The translations under genes and the position numbers were made by a program. Shown piece by piece: positions 42,271 to 51,778 of a stretch of DNA of 64,000 nt; position 1 is the first letter of the stretch, and each line of letters begins with the position of its first letter. The DNA lies in contig JASKLF010000001.1 of the NCBI GenBank assembly GCA_030153785.1, forward strand, positions 128,001-192,000, given 5' to 3'. Source of the DNA: a bacterium (GTDB lineage Bacteria; Synergistota; GBS-1). The notes beneath the pieces were generated by a model. That model did no database searches. It worked only from the letters and a program-made list of their open reading frames with translations, and was not told the origin of the DNA.

Positions 42271-43031
42271 TACTTCCACCTCCTTGAGGCAAGAGAAATA
42301 ACGGAAAGATAGAGAAATAGCACAGTTAAGCTAATGAAGAAAACCACATTTCTTAAGTCTATAACTCCCTCTGAAAAGGCTCTTACCCTATTAAACAGAG
42401 CAAGCCTCCATAAAATCTCACCCAATATAGGGTAACTCGTTCCTATGTTGGAAGCAGCCCAATTCACAAACCAAAGAAGTATTAAAAGAGCAAAAGCAAG
42501 CATTGAAGCTGTAGCCTGCCTTTTAGTCAATGAAGCAGTAAAAATCCCTGCAGAGAAGAAAGCAGCACCTGCAAGAAGCATACCTACATATCCTGAAACG
42601 ATGAGTCCCACATCAAGCTCCCCCGCTTTACTTAACGTTATAGGGATATAAAGGAGAATAGCCAGAGCAACACAATAAATGAAGTACGAAGAGAGGAATT
42701 TGCCCATAACAATCTGAAACTCAGTTATGGGAGAGGTTAAAAGGAGTTCAAAGGTGCCTGCAGATTCTTCTTCGGGAAAGCTTCTCATTGTTAATACTGG
42801 AACGAGGAATATAAGTAAAAATAGCACGTTCTGAAAAATGGGGTAAAGGATAAACTTGGTAGAGTTAATGCCATATCCTCCCCACCTTGTAACTTGAAGT
42901 ATATAATAAGCAAGGACATTAATATAAAAATAGCCCACGACTAATAGAAATGCTCCCACCACAGTATAAGCCAAGGGGGAAAGAAGATAAATCTTAAGGT
43001 CTTTTCTAAACATGGAAAATATCTTACCCAT
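42270..43031 (-). CDS. ABC-2 permease (GldF-like)
   Basis: TMRSFPEE..GTFELLLTSP, GKFL. Confidence 0.85.
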   Translation of the reverse strand: MGKIFSMFRKDLKIYLLSPLAYTVVGAFLLVVGYFYINVLAYYILQVTRWGGYGINSTKFILYPIFQNVLFLLIFLVPVLTMRSFPEEESAGTFELLLTSPITEFQIVMGKFLSSYFIYCVALAILLYIPITLSKAGELDVGLIVSGYVGMLLAGAAFFSAGIFTASLTKRQATASMLAFALLILLWFVNWAASNIGTSYPILGEILWRLALFNRVRAFSEGVIDLRNVVFFISLTVLFLYLSVISLASRRWK

Positions 43032-43962
43032 CTTTCCCCGCCTCCTCTTCAGTCACAAGCTGTAGGAAAACTTCCTCTAATGTCATGCTCACAGGTTTAA
43101 GCTCAAGTAAACCCGCACCGAGATTAACTACAACTCTCGCTATATCCTCTCTCAAGTCAAGGCTCTGTGGATATTCCACAAGAATGGTATCATCCTTAGA
43201 TGGTGTAACGCTCAAAACGCTGGGAAGTTTAGAAAGTTCTTCAGAAACCTTATCCTTATAGCGAGCAACCCTAACTTCAACCTTTTTAGATGGCCTCAGT
43301 TTAGCTTCCAATCCTTCAAGCGTGTCCTCCGCTGCTATTCTCCCGTTACTTATTATTATTACCCTATCACAAGTAGCGGTAACTTCAGGAAGAATGTGAG
43401 TAGAAAGTATAACCGTGTGCTTGCCTCTTAAGGACTTTATCAAAGACCTAATCTCAACTATTTGAACAGCATCAAGCCCACTTGTGGGTTCGTCAAGTAT
43501 AAGCAAATCTGGGTCGGATATAAGGGCTTGAGCAAGAGCAACTCTTTGCCTGTAACCGCGAGAAAGGTTACCAATGAGCCTTCCGTAAACATTTTTAAGC
43601 CCACAATACTCCACAACTTCAGAAAGCCTCTCTTTCCTTTTATTTCTCGGGACATCTTTTATCTCCATAACGAACTTCAGGTACTCCTTAACGGTAAGCT
43701 CCCTATAAAGGGGGGGATTCTCTGGAAGGTACCCTATCCTTCTTTTAACCTCAAGGGGATTTTCGGCCACATCATACCCGGCTACCTTTACCTTCCCTAC
43801 CGACGGAGGAAGATAGCCGGTGATTATCCTCATTGTTGTAGTCTTACCCGCTCCATTGGGACCAAGAAAGCCTAAAATCTCCCCCTCTTTTACCGTAAAA
43901 TTTACATCACGAAGAACCCATCTTCCATGGAACTCTTTTCCCAAGTCTTGAACCTCGACCAA
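43024..43962 (-). CDS. ABC transporter ATP-binding protein (GldA-like)
   Basis: GPNGAGKTT, LSRGYRQR, ILDEPT, STH. Confidence 0.92.
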   Translation of the reverse strand: MVEVQDLGKEFHGRWVLRDVNFTVKEGEILGFLGPNGAGKTTTMRIITGYLPPSVGKVKVAGYDVAENPLEVKRRIGYLPENPPLYRELTVKEYLKFVMEIKDVPRNKRKERLSEVVEYCGLKNVYGRLIGNLSRGYRQRVALAQALISDPDLLILDEPTSGLDAVQIVEIRSLIKSLRGKHTVILSTHILPEVTATCDRVIIISNGRIAAEDTLEGLEAKLRPSKKVEVRVARYKDKVSEELSKLPSVLSVTPSKDDTILVEYPQSLDLREDIARVVVNLGAGLLELKPVSMTLEEVFLQLVTEEEAGKDG

Positions 43963-43970
43963 GGTTCAAA

Positions 43971-44462
43971 TCACCCCCTCTTGTATTTGGTCACCTCTCT
44001 CAAAAACTTCTTCCTTTTCTCTATATCTTCCGGACCTTCAACCCCTTTACTTGAGAAACCATCCACCACTCCTATTATCCCTCTGCCTTGATCCGTTTGT
44101 GCAATTATCACCTGCAAAGGGTTAGCAGTAGCGGTAAAAATTCTGCAAACCTCTTGACAACCTTTAATAGCGTTAAGAACATTTATAGGATAGCCTTCCT
44201 TAATCAAAACCACAAAAGCATGTCCCGCACTTAACCTTTGAGCGTTCTCTATTGCAACTTTGATAAGCTCCTCGTCATTTCCATCATACCTGATGAGACA
44301 TGGCCCTGAAGCTTCACAAAAAGCAATACCAAATTTAAGATAGGGAGAACTCGTCACCAAAATTTCATAAAGGTCCTCAACCGTCTTTATGAAGTGACTA
44401 TGCCCGACAATAATGTTACACCCCTCAGGTATCTCCATCTTAACAACTTCAAGGTTTACCAA
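43971..44462 (-). CDS. Adenosine-specific kinase family (DUF355) protein
   Basis: [24 protein letters not shown]; start set at TTG 44462 after the RBS. Confidence 0.8.
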   Translation of the reverse strand: MVNLEVVKMEIPEGCNIIVGHSHFIKTVEDLYEILVTSSPYLKFGIAFCEASGPCLIRYDGNDEELIKVAIENAQRLSAGHAFVVLIKEGYPINVLNAIKGCQEVCRIFTATANPLQVIIAQTDQGRGIIGVVDGFSSKGVEGPEDIEKRKKFLREVTKYKRG

Positions 44463-44475
44463 CGAACTCACCCCC

Positions 44476-45576
44476 CTAACAAATTCTACTGGCAATCTCC
44501 TCTGCCATCCTCAACGTGGAAACCGCTTTACTTTCATCCTCTCCTTTATCTCTTAATATATCATAGGTAACATATTTACCCTCTTCCAACACAGATATTA
44601 CCGCTTTCTCTAATCTTGCCGAATAATCATCAAGCCCAAGATAATCAAGCAGCATCTTAGCTGCCATTATCATGGCCGTTGGATTAACTTTATATTGCCC
44701 TGCATATTTTGGAGCGGAACCATGAGCCGGCTCAAATAAGGCATAATTATCTCCTATGTTCCCGGAAGCCACAACGCCCATGCCTCCAACAAGCTGAGCA
44801 CACTCATCAGAGATTATATCTCCAAACATGTTGGTAGTAACTATTACGTCGTAAGCACTGGGATTCTTAATAAGCCACATAGCTGTTGCGTCGATATTCT
44901 CAACATTCCACTCTATTTCAGGATACTCCTTAGCTACTGTCTCCGCTACTTCCAGAAACAAACCACCTGTCGCCCTTATCACGTTAGCCTTTTCTACCAC
45001 GGTAACTCTTTTTCTTCCTTTCTCCCTCGCAAAGCTAAAAGCAGCCCTTATTATCCTTTCACAACCCTCCCAAGAGAAAACTCTCAAACTTCCAGCCACA
45101 TCTCTCCTGCCTTTAAATCTCTCTAAGTTAGGATGTAAAGAGTAAAGCTCCTGAGGTAAAGGCCTCCACTCAACGCCTGCGTAAAGATCCTCCGTATTTT
45201 CCCTAAAAAGAACTATATCGATGTCAGGCTTATGAGATGGAACGCCAGGTAGCGATTTAAAAGGCCTTAGGTTTATATAAAGATCGAATCTTTGCCTTAT
45301 CTGAATTATCGCAGACCTAAAACCCTTAACGCCAGGCCTACTCGTTATCGCCCCGAACAAAGCGGCATCGCTTTCCTCCAAGGCTTCCCATGTTTCAGGA
45401 GGAACTGTGTCACCATACTTTTCCCACATGCACCAACCTGCATCTGCCCTAATCCAATCTATAGGAGGATTAAGCTTTTCCATAACTATCATACAGGCTT
45501 CCATAACATCGTTACCTGAATCATCTCCAGGAATATAAACTACCTTATATCTTTCCTTTTTCTGTGGAACTCTCAT
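44476..45576 (-). CDS. Isocitrate/isopropylmalate/homoisocitrate dehydrogenase family protein
   Basis: [34 protein letters not shown]. Confidence 0.88.
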   Translation of the reverse strand: MRVPQKKERYKVVYIPGDDSGNDVMEACMIVMEKLNPPIDWIRADAGWCMWEKYGDTVPPETWEALEESDAALFGAITSRPGVKGFRSAIIQIRQRFDLYINLRPFKSLPGVPSHKPDIDIVLFRENTEDLYAGVEWRPLPQELYSLHPNLERFKGRRDVAGSLRVFSWEGCERIIRAAFSFAREKGRKRVTVVEKANVIRATGGLFLEVAETVAKEYPEIEWNVENIDATAMWLIKNPSAYDVIVTTNMFGDIISDECAQLVGGMGVVASGNIGDNYALFEPAHGSAPKYAGQYKVNPTAMIMAAKMLLDYLGLDDYSARLEKAVISVLEEGKYVTYDILRDKGEDESKAVSTLRMAEEIASRIC

Positions 45577-45614
45577 CGAGAATATCCCTCCATTTCTTAG
45601 GTTTTCCTCTATGG

Positions 45615-45640
45615 ATTATATCACAGAACTATGATATAAT
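45615..45640. promoter_or_regulatory. Back-to-back extended -10 promoters (dehydrogenase operon / rpmB)
   Basis: TGATATAAT on both strands (45623-45615 minus, 45632-45640 plus). Confidence 0.6.
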
Positions 45641-45663
45641 TTCTTTCTCGGGAGGTGGAATAA

Positions 45664-45855
45664 ATGGCAAGAACGTGCGAAGTATGCGGCAAAAAACCCG
45701 TAACCGGATTTAAGGTAAGTCACTCCAACAGACATTCAAAAAGAAGACGGCTTCCAAATCTTCAGGAAGTCAAAGCAATAATAGGAGGAGAGGTAAAAAG
45801 GATAAAGGTTTGCGCTCGCTGTCTTAAAAGCGGTAAAGTGACAAGAGCTATGTAA
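45664..45855 (+). CDS. rpmB: 50S ribosomal protein L28 (Zn-binding type)
   Basis: [25 protein letters not shown]. Confidence 0.96.
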   Translation: MARTCEVCGKKPVTGFKVSHSNRHSKRRRLPNLQEVKAIIGGEVKRIKVCARCLKSGKVTRAM

Positions 45856-47059
45856 TTGCCACAACTAATGCTACTGCGAGCACAGCAAGAACCACGGGCA
45901 AAAGCTCAAGGTAGACCTCTTTCCAGGTCGTTTTATAATATTCCTTTGTCGTAATAAGGCACAAATGAAAAGGAGAAAGCAGGTGGCCACTATAACCGCT
46001 TACAAAGCTCCAGGCTACCAACTTTAAATTCACTGGGTCACCCATCAAAGGAGCTAAAAGCGGGAAGGTCAGGGCCACCGCTGCTGTACTTATCCCCGTC
46101 ATAAACGATATGAGGAAGGGGAAGAAGAAGAGAGAAAAAAGGTTAGGAACATTAGCAGCCTGAAGCAAATTAGGAACTATATGGACAGCATTACTCACTT
46201 TAAGCATTCCCTGAAAACAAAAAATGGCAAAGACCATAGCTATAAGGTTAAAATCAACGGATGATTTAAAGATATTGCTTACCTCCCTAAAACTAAGTCG
46301 CTTATTCAATACCTCTCCAACTGCAGCTATCAAGAGCAAAACAACAAGGTTTATCTTAAAGGCTAAAAATCCCACCAGAACGAAAATTACGGTCCACATG
46401 GTAAAAAGCAAATCTAACGTTTTCCTAAAGCTAAGCGAAAAATTATTTCTATCCTTTGGTTTGCGAAATCTAAACCAGCTTGATAGAAAGCCGAAAACCA
46501 TGGCCAAGAAGACTATATACCATTGATATGAAACAATGGCAGTTATGGAAACTCCCAATGTGGCAGCTTCAAATATGACAGAAGGATAAAGGGGAAGAGA
46601 ATATTCCCAGATATGCCTAAACCAGTAGTTGATAAAATGCTTTAAAGAAGGCTTTGCCCCAAGCTGGTTTCCAATCTCATCGGTTAAGGAAGCGGTAAAA
46701 AGAGCCCCCGCAGGCATGGGAAGAAACCCAACTATCATGGGGGGGAAAAAGATGACCATCCTCAAATCACCGAGAATGGCCCAGAGCTTATCAACCATCC
46801 TCTGTAAAGTACCCGTATCCTTAAGAAGTCCATTAAGAAACAGAACTAAAATTATTATGGCCAGAACCTCCCAAACATAATTATCGGTTAAAGTCATTAA
46901 AATTGCCTTACCAAAGCCTAAAAATCCCACATTAAAGAGGATACCCAACAGGAAAAATCCTATTAACATGGTTAAAGCTAAATTTACCCTTCTAAAAAGC
47001 AAGACTATCAGCGTAACTAAAACGGCAAATAGCTTTAATCCATCCAGCATATCAAGCAC
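45848..47059 (-). CDS. DUF401 family membrane protein
   Basis: [25 protein letters not shown]. Confidence 0.8.
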   Translation of the reverse strand: MLDMLDGLKLFAVLVTLIVLLFRRVNLALTMLIGFFLLGILFNVGFLGFGKAILMTLTDNYVWEVLAIIILVLFLNGLLKDTGTLQRMVDKLWAILGDLRMVIFFPPMIVGFLPMPAGALFTASLTDEIGNQLGAKPSLKHFINYWFRHIWEYSLPLYPSVIFEAATLGVSITAIVSYQWYIVFLAMVFGFLSSWFRFRKPKDRNNFSLSFRKTLDLLFTMWTVIFVLVGFLAFKINLVVLLLIAAVGEVLNKRLSFREVSNIFKSSVDFNLIAMVFAIFCFQGMLKVSNAVHIVPNLLQAANVPNLFSLFFFPFLISFMTGISTAAVALTFPLLAPLMGDPVNLKLVAWSFVSGYSGHLLSPFHLCLITTKEYYKTTWKEVYLELLPVVLAVLAVALVVAIT

Positions 47060-47062
47060 CTC

Positions 47063-48649
47063 CTATAGACCACCTAACTTAGACGATAGTGCTTCATAAA
47101 ATTCTTTTACTAAAATGTCAGGCTCAACAATATTTGCCTCTATCCTATCCAGCACCTCCTCCATAGAGGCAGTAAAGCTGGGAGAAAGAAGCTCCTCCCC
47201 CAAAAGCTCCTCAAGAAAGGAGCAAATCCTTATCCCAAGCTCGGTAGGGATAAGAAACTTCTTCCTTTTCTCCACATAACCCCTCTTGACCAAAGTAGAG
47301 ATTATTGTAGCATAAGTTGATGGTCTTCCCACACCCTTTTTCTCAAGCTCCCTAACCAAAGTAGATTCAGTATAACGAGGGGGAGGGCTAGTTTTTCTCC
47401 TTGCGACTGATACATCCAAAACTTTAAATTCCCTTCCTTGAAGCTCGGGAATAGACTCCTTTTCCTTTCTTTTAAGAACTTTCGTCCAACCATCGAAAAG
47501 AACCTTTTCGCCAAAGCTCACAAAAAGCTTGTTTTCCCAGCTGAAAATAGCTCTTCGCTTAAGTATTTTCGCATCAGCCATCTGAGAAGCAACAAAATGT
47601 CTCCAAATCAAGTCATACAAGGGAGATATACCCATCAAATTGAGATCTGTAGGCCTAATTGCCTCATGGGCTCCTTCTTTATCAAAACTCCTCAACTTAA
47701 CGTAGGCTTTTCCAAAGGCACCACAAATAAAAGAAGCAGCCATCTTCAAAGCCTTGTTACTTATAAAAAGAGAGTCAGTTCTATGATAAGTTATATATCC
47801 AAGCTCGAAAAGCTTCTGAGCCTCCCTCATAGTCGCGGATGAGGAAAGCCCAAGCAATGAAGATGCCTTTTGAATCATAGTTGCGGTCTTCAACGGAGGA
47901 AGAGGAGGTAACAAGACCTCTTGGTCCTCAAGAGATGAAAGTCTCAAAAACTCCCCTTTAAGGCTCTCCCTAAGCTTGAAAGCCTCTTTCTTAGATAGCT
48001 TAAGTGGGATGTCTTCCTTAACATCCCAAAGCTTTGCCTCCAAAAGGTTTTCTCCAGCCTCAAGCTTCACTTTAAGCTCATACCACTCTTGAGGAACAAA
48101 TTTCTCTCTTTCTCTTTCTCTATCGATTATCATCTTTAAGGCGCATGACTGAACTCGACCCGCCGAAAGGCTCTTTCTCTTTAGCGATTTCCACAATACA
48201 GGAGACACAAGATAGCCATAAAGTCTATCGAGCACTCTTCTCGCTACGGCGGAGTTAACCTTTGGAACATCTATATCCCGAGGATTAGCTAAAGCCTCCC
48301 TCACCGCTTCCGGTGTGATTTCGTGAAACTCTATCCTTTTAGCAGAAATCCCCTTTCCTTTAAGGAAATTCCATATATCAAAGGCTATTCTCTCTCCCTC
48401 TCTGTCCGGGTCAGTGGCTATAAGAAAGATAGCTCTATGTGAAGCTATCTTCTCTAACAGCTTTTTCTTGCCCTTCAAAAAAACCCATTTAGGAGAAAAA
48501 GTATTAAGATCCACCCCCAGCTCCTCTGAGGGTAAATCCCTAACATGCCCCCGTGTCGCCTTTACACTATATCCTTTTCCTAAAAACCTTTTAATGGTCT
48601 TCGCTTTCGTCGGAGACTCAACGAGTATCAGGAAGAGTTGATCCTGCAT
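47063..48649 (-). CDS. topA: Type IA DNA topoisomerase, compact, no C-terminal Zn ribbons
   Basis: VESPTKAKTI, ATDPDREGE, SAGRVQS, ITYHRTDS, AHEAIRPT, GRPSTY. Confidence 0.88.
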   Translation of the reverse strand: MQDQLFLILVESPTKAKTIKRFLGKGYSVKATRGHVRDLPSEELGVDLNTFSPKWVFLKGKKKLLEKIASHRAIFLIATDPDREGERIAFDIWNFLKGKGISAKRIEFHEITPEAVREALANPRDIDVPKVNSAVARRVLDRLYGYLVSPVLWKSLKRKSLSAGRVQSCALKMIIDREREREKFVPQEWYELKVKLEAGENLLEAKLWDVKEDIPLKLSKKEAFKLRESLKGEFLRLSSLEDQEVLLPPLPPLKTATMIQKASSLLGLSSSATMREAQKLFELGYITYHRTDSLFISNKALKMAASFICGAFGKAYVKLRSFDKEGAHEAIRPTDLNLMGISPLYDLIWRHFVASQMADAKILKRRAIFSWENKLFVSFGEKVLFDGWTKVLKRKEKESIPELQGREFKVLDVSVARRKTSPPPRYTESTLVRELEKKGVGRPSTYATIISTLVKRGYVEKRKKFLIPTELGIRICSFLEELLGEELLSPSFTASMEEVLDRIEANIVEPDILVKEFYEALSSKLGGL

Positions 48650-49805
48650 AAGGCATCACTAAGACTGAAGCACCAGAACCACACTCGGCCAAAGCCCTGC
48701 TAAAGGCAGCTTTAGGGTCCCTAAATAATTCAAAAAATGTAGAGGCAAATCCATCGGGTAGGGTATTAGAAACCAGGTATATCCTTGCCTTCTTCCTAAT
48801 CAACGCTATCCTCATCACCTTATGAGGCCCCAGTTGAAAGCCTTCTCTCTTAAGTCTTTCTATAGGCTCATCCGAGGTCCTCGCCGAAAGTAACCAGCTT
48901 TCCATCTTCTCATGACCAACGCCCTCAGGACACTCCGCAAGAAGTATGATTATCCCGCCTTCTTTTACAGCCAAAGCGGCATTTTCAAGAGCCTTATGGG
49001 CCTGATAGAAGTTTATGTCTTTAGGAAAACCTCCACAGGAAGCTACAACTATATCCACAGGGTCAACCTTAACCTTATACATACTATCAACGAGAAGCGC
49101 TCCTTCCCGATGAGCATCTATCAAGTCCCCAGAGAAAATACCCACCACCTCTTTCTTTGCATTTAGAACAACGTTAAAAAGATATACCTTCTCCCTCAAG
49201 AGGGAACCCGCTTCATCTATATCTTTTCTAACAGCTCCATCCAGCGAACCAGGAACAGAAGAAGGGTCAAGCATTAAACTATGATTTTGAGAAATGGTTT
49301 TGTGGGAACAAACACCCGGAAGTATAGCTTTGGCTCCACCAGTATACCCTGCGAAATAATGATACTCTATATTCCCAGTAGCTATTATGAGATCGGCGTT
49401 CAGAACATCTTCTAAAACTTCGACTTCCGTGCCATAACTGGTCTTGCCTACAAAACCGCACCTGTTCATATCGTGATTTATGTAAGGGTAATCTCCTCCC
49501 AAAAGCTCACGCGCCTCCTCAGGGGTTTGCTCTCGATGTGTACCTAAGCCAAAAACAGCAAAAGCTTCTTTACCCTTTAGCCGTCTCCATATATTACAAA
49601 AAAAGAGCCTAGTAGGAACAGGCCTTGTCACATCGCTAACGAGAACAGAAACTTTTTTAACCCCCTTAAGCCTTTCCTCCAACGAGGAGAGAGATTTTTC
49701 TATATTCTCAGTCAAATTTTCTAAAGAAGGGAGTTCCCTCGGCAAAAGCACTTCATAATCATCTAAGGGAAGTTCAACGCTTCCCTTCCCCAGTCTTAGC
49801 TCCAC
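48618..49805 (-). CDS. larA: Nickel-pincer lactate racemase family protein
   Basis: SDVTRP, GLGTHR, HYFAGYTGGAK, KDINFYQAHK. Confidence 0.85.
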   Translation of the reverse strand: MELRLGKGSVELPLDDYEVLLPRELPSLENLTENIEKSLSSLEERLKGVKKVSVLVSDVTRPVPTRLFFCNIWRRLKGKEAFAVFGLGTHREQTPEEARELLGGDYPYINHDMNRCGFVGKTSYGTEVEVLEDVLNADLIIATGNIEYHYFAGYTGGAKAILPGVCSHKTISQNHSLMLDPSSVPGSLDGAVRKDIDEAGSLLREKVYLFNVVLNAKKEVVGIFSGDLIDAHREGALLVDSMYKVKVDPVDIVVASCGGFPKDINFYQAHKALENAALAVKEGGIIILLAECPEGVGHEKMESWLLSARTSDEPIERLKREGFQLGPHKVMRIALIRKKARIYLVSNTLPDGFASTFFELFRDPKAAFSRALAECGSGASVLVMPYAGSTLPDTR

Positions 49806-50082
49806 CTTTTTCCCCTCCTCCTCTAAAATAGAATATTTTCTCCCCAGGCTTCGCCATCCTAAGCTCCTCTCTAACTATCTTTTCCAGCAAAAATCCATCC
49901 TCGGCCAACTTGATTTTCTTTCTGAGAAGTTTGTTCTCGGCCTCAAGCTCGGCTATCCTTACCCTCAAAAGATAGGCTCGTTGATTAAAAAGTATCATCT
50001 TTCTAATTTCCCTGAAAACCGATATGAGGGTAAGAGACATAACAAACACGACGATGGCATAAAACAACCATTTCCTTATCAA
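49774..50082 (-). CDS. Septum formation initiator (FtsB/DivIC family)
   Basis: TM + coiled coil + EKIVREELRMAKPGE. Confidence 0.8.
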   Translation of the reverse strand: MIRKWLFYAIVVFVMSLTLISVFREIRKMILFNQRAYLLRVRIAELEAENKLLRKKIKLAEDGFLLEKIVREELRMAKPGEKIFYFRGGGEKGGAKTGEGKR

Positions 50083-50091
50083 TTGCTTTTA

Positions 50092-51774
50092 TCACATCCT
50101 CTCGGGTGCCGAAACACCAATAAGCGAGAGGAAATTTCTTATAACTATGCTAACAGCCTTAGACAAGGCCAATCTCGCATTTCTCAATTCCGGTGAAGCT
50201 GAAAGTATGGGATGCTTATTATAAAAAGAGTGAAAAGCTGAAGCCAACCTCTGTAAATAATGGGGGATCCTATGAGGGGCAAATTCCCTAACTGCGATGG
50301 AAAGTTCCCCTTCCGCCTCCGATAACACCTTTAACAGCTCAAACTCCTCTTGCTCCACAAGAGGTTCCAACGAAACGCTTGACAGGTCTGGAATAGATAT
50401 ACCTCGTTCCTTAGCCTGTTCAAAGAGAGAACATATTCTAGCATGAGCATATTGAACATAGTAAACGGGGTTTTCTTCCGACTGTCTTTTTGCAACCTCA
50501 AGGTCAAATTCCAAGTGACTGTCGCATTTCCTCGTCAGAAACATGTATCTTGCTGCATCTTTCCCTACCTCTTCTACTACTTCAGCAAGGGTTATAAATT
50601 CCCCCGCTCTCGTAGACATGGAAACAGGTTTTCCTCCACGAAGCAAGGTAACAAACTGTATCAAGAGTATCTGGAGGCTTTCTGGATCCTTATCAAGAGC
50701 CTGAACAGCAGCTTTCATCCTCGGTATATAACCATGATGATCAGCACCCCATATATCTATTACAATGTCGAAACCCCTTTCATACTTGTTTCTATGATAG
50801 GCTATATCAGAAGCAAGGTAGGTTGGAACCCCATTGGACCTCACCACTACCCTGTCCTTTTCATCCCCAAACATGCTGGATTTAAACCAAAGAGCCCCAT
50901 CCTTTTCATAAATAAACCCTTTTTCCTTAAGATAGGCGATCGTCTTTTCAACCTCGCTTCTTTCATACAAGGATTTTTCGCTAAACCAGAGGTCAAACTT
51001 AACTCCAAAGTTTTCAAGGTCTTTCTTAATTCCATCTAAAATCCTCTCACCTGCATAACTCCTGAAATAGGGCAAGCTTTCCTCCTTCGGGACAGTGAGC
51101 CATTTCTCTCCATCCTTATTTATTATTTCCCTCGCAATGTCGTATATATATTCCCCCTTATAACCATCCTCAGGGAAAGGTGCCTCTTCAGGTTTACCCA
51201 AAAGTTCAAAATACCTCGACCTAACAGATTCTCCAAGCATATCCATCTGAAGACCAGCATCGTTTATGTAATACTCCCTTTCAACCTCGTATCCTCCAAA
51301 CTCTAAAATGGAAGCTAAAGAATCCCCCACCGCAGCTCCTCTACCATGCCCTACATGAAGCGGCCCCGTAGGATTTGCGCTGACAAACTCTACTTGCACC
51401 CTTTTCCCCGCACCTATGTTTAACCTACCAAAGTCTTTATCTTTCCTTAAAATTTCTCTAACGACTTCTCTAAACCAATTAAGGTTAAATCGAAAATTAA
51501 TAAAACCAGGACCCGCAATTTCAATACCCTCAAGAATGTTCTCCGGTATCTTTAGCCCCTGACATATCTTCTCTGCAAGCACCCTGGGATTAGCTTTAAA
51601 AAGCGATGCCAATCTAAGAGCAATATTAGTAGCCCAGTCACCAAATTCCGGATTTCTGGGCTTTTCAAGTTCAGGGTCGGGTAAAAGTTTTGAATCCCAC
51701 CCCATCTCACCAGCCAAAGATAACACCGCTTCCCTTAAAGCATCAATGATAATCTGTTTCGCTTTTTCCTCCAT
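50092..51774 (-). CDS. argS: Arginine--tRNA ligase (start corrected to 51774)
   Basis: SANPTGPLHVGH, GADHHGY, MSTRAG, YVQYAHAR. Confidence 0.97.
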   Translation of the reverse strand: MEEKAKQIIIDALREAVLSLAGEMGWDSKLLPDPELEKPRNPEFGDWATNIALRLASLFKANPRVLAEKICQGLKIPENILEGIEIAGPGFINFRFNLNWFREVVREILRKDKDFGRLNIGAGKRVQVEFVSANPTGPLHVGHGRGAAVGDSLASILEFGGYEVEREYYINDAGLQMDMLGESVRSRYFELLGKPEEAPFPEDGYKGEYIYDIAREIINKDGEKWLTVPKEESLPYFRSYAGERILDGIKKDLENFGVKFDLWFSEKSLYERSEVEKTIAYLKEKGFIYEKDGALWFKSSMFGDEKDRVVVRSNGVPTYLASDIAYHRNKYERGFDIVIDIWGADHHGYIPRMKAAVQALDKDPESLQILLIQFVTLLRGGKPVSMSTRAGEFITLAEVVEEVGKDAARYMFLTRKCDSHLEFDLEVAKRQSEENPVYYVQYAHARICSLFEQAKERGISIPDLSSVSLEPLVEQEEFELLKVLSEAEGELSIAVREFAPHRIPHYLQRLASAFHSFYNKHPILSASPELRNARLALSKAVSIVIRNFLSLIGVSAPERM

Positions 51775-51778
51775 GACC

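Noticed and set aside
39677..43962. Gliding motility inferred from Gld-like genes
   Set aside because: This ABC/GldG/DUF4340 cassette is widespread in non-gliding bacteria, and no T9SS genes are present.
50443..51039. 198-aa antisense ORF, and the other 60-140 aa antisense or alternate-frame ORFs in the track
   Set aside because: They lie within well-supported genes and have no motifs or RBS; shadow ORFs.
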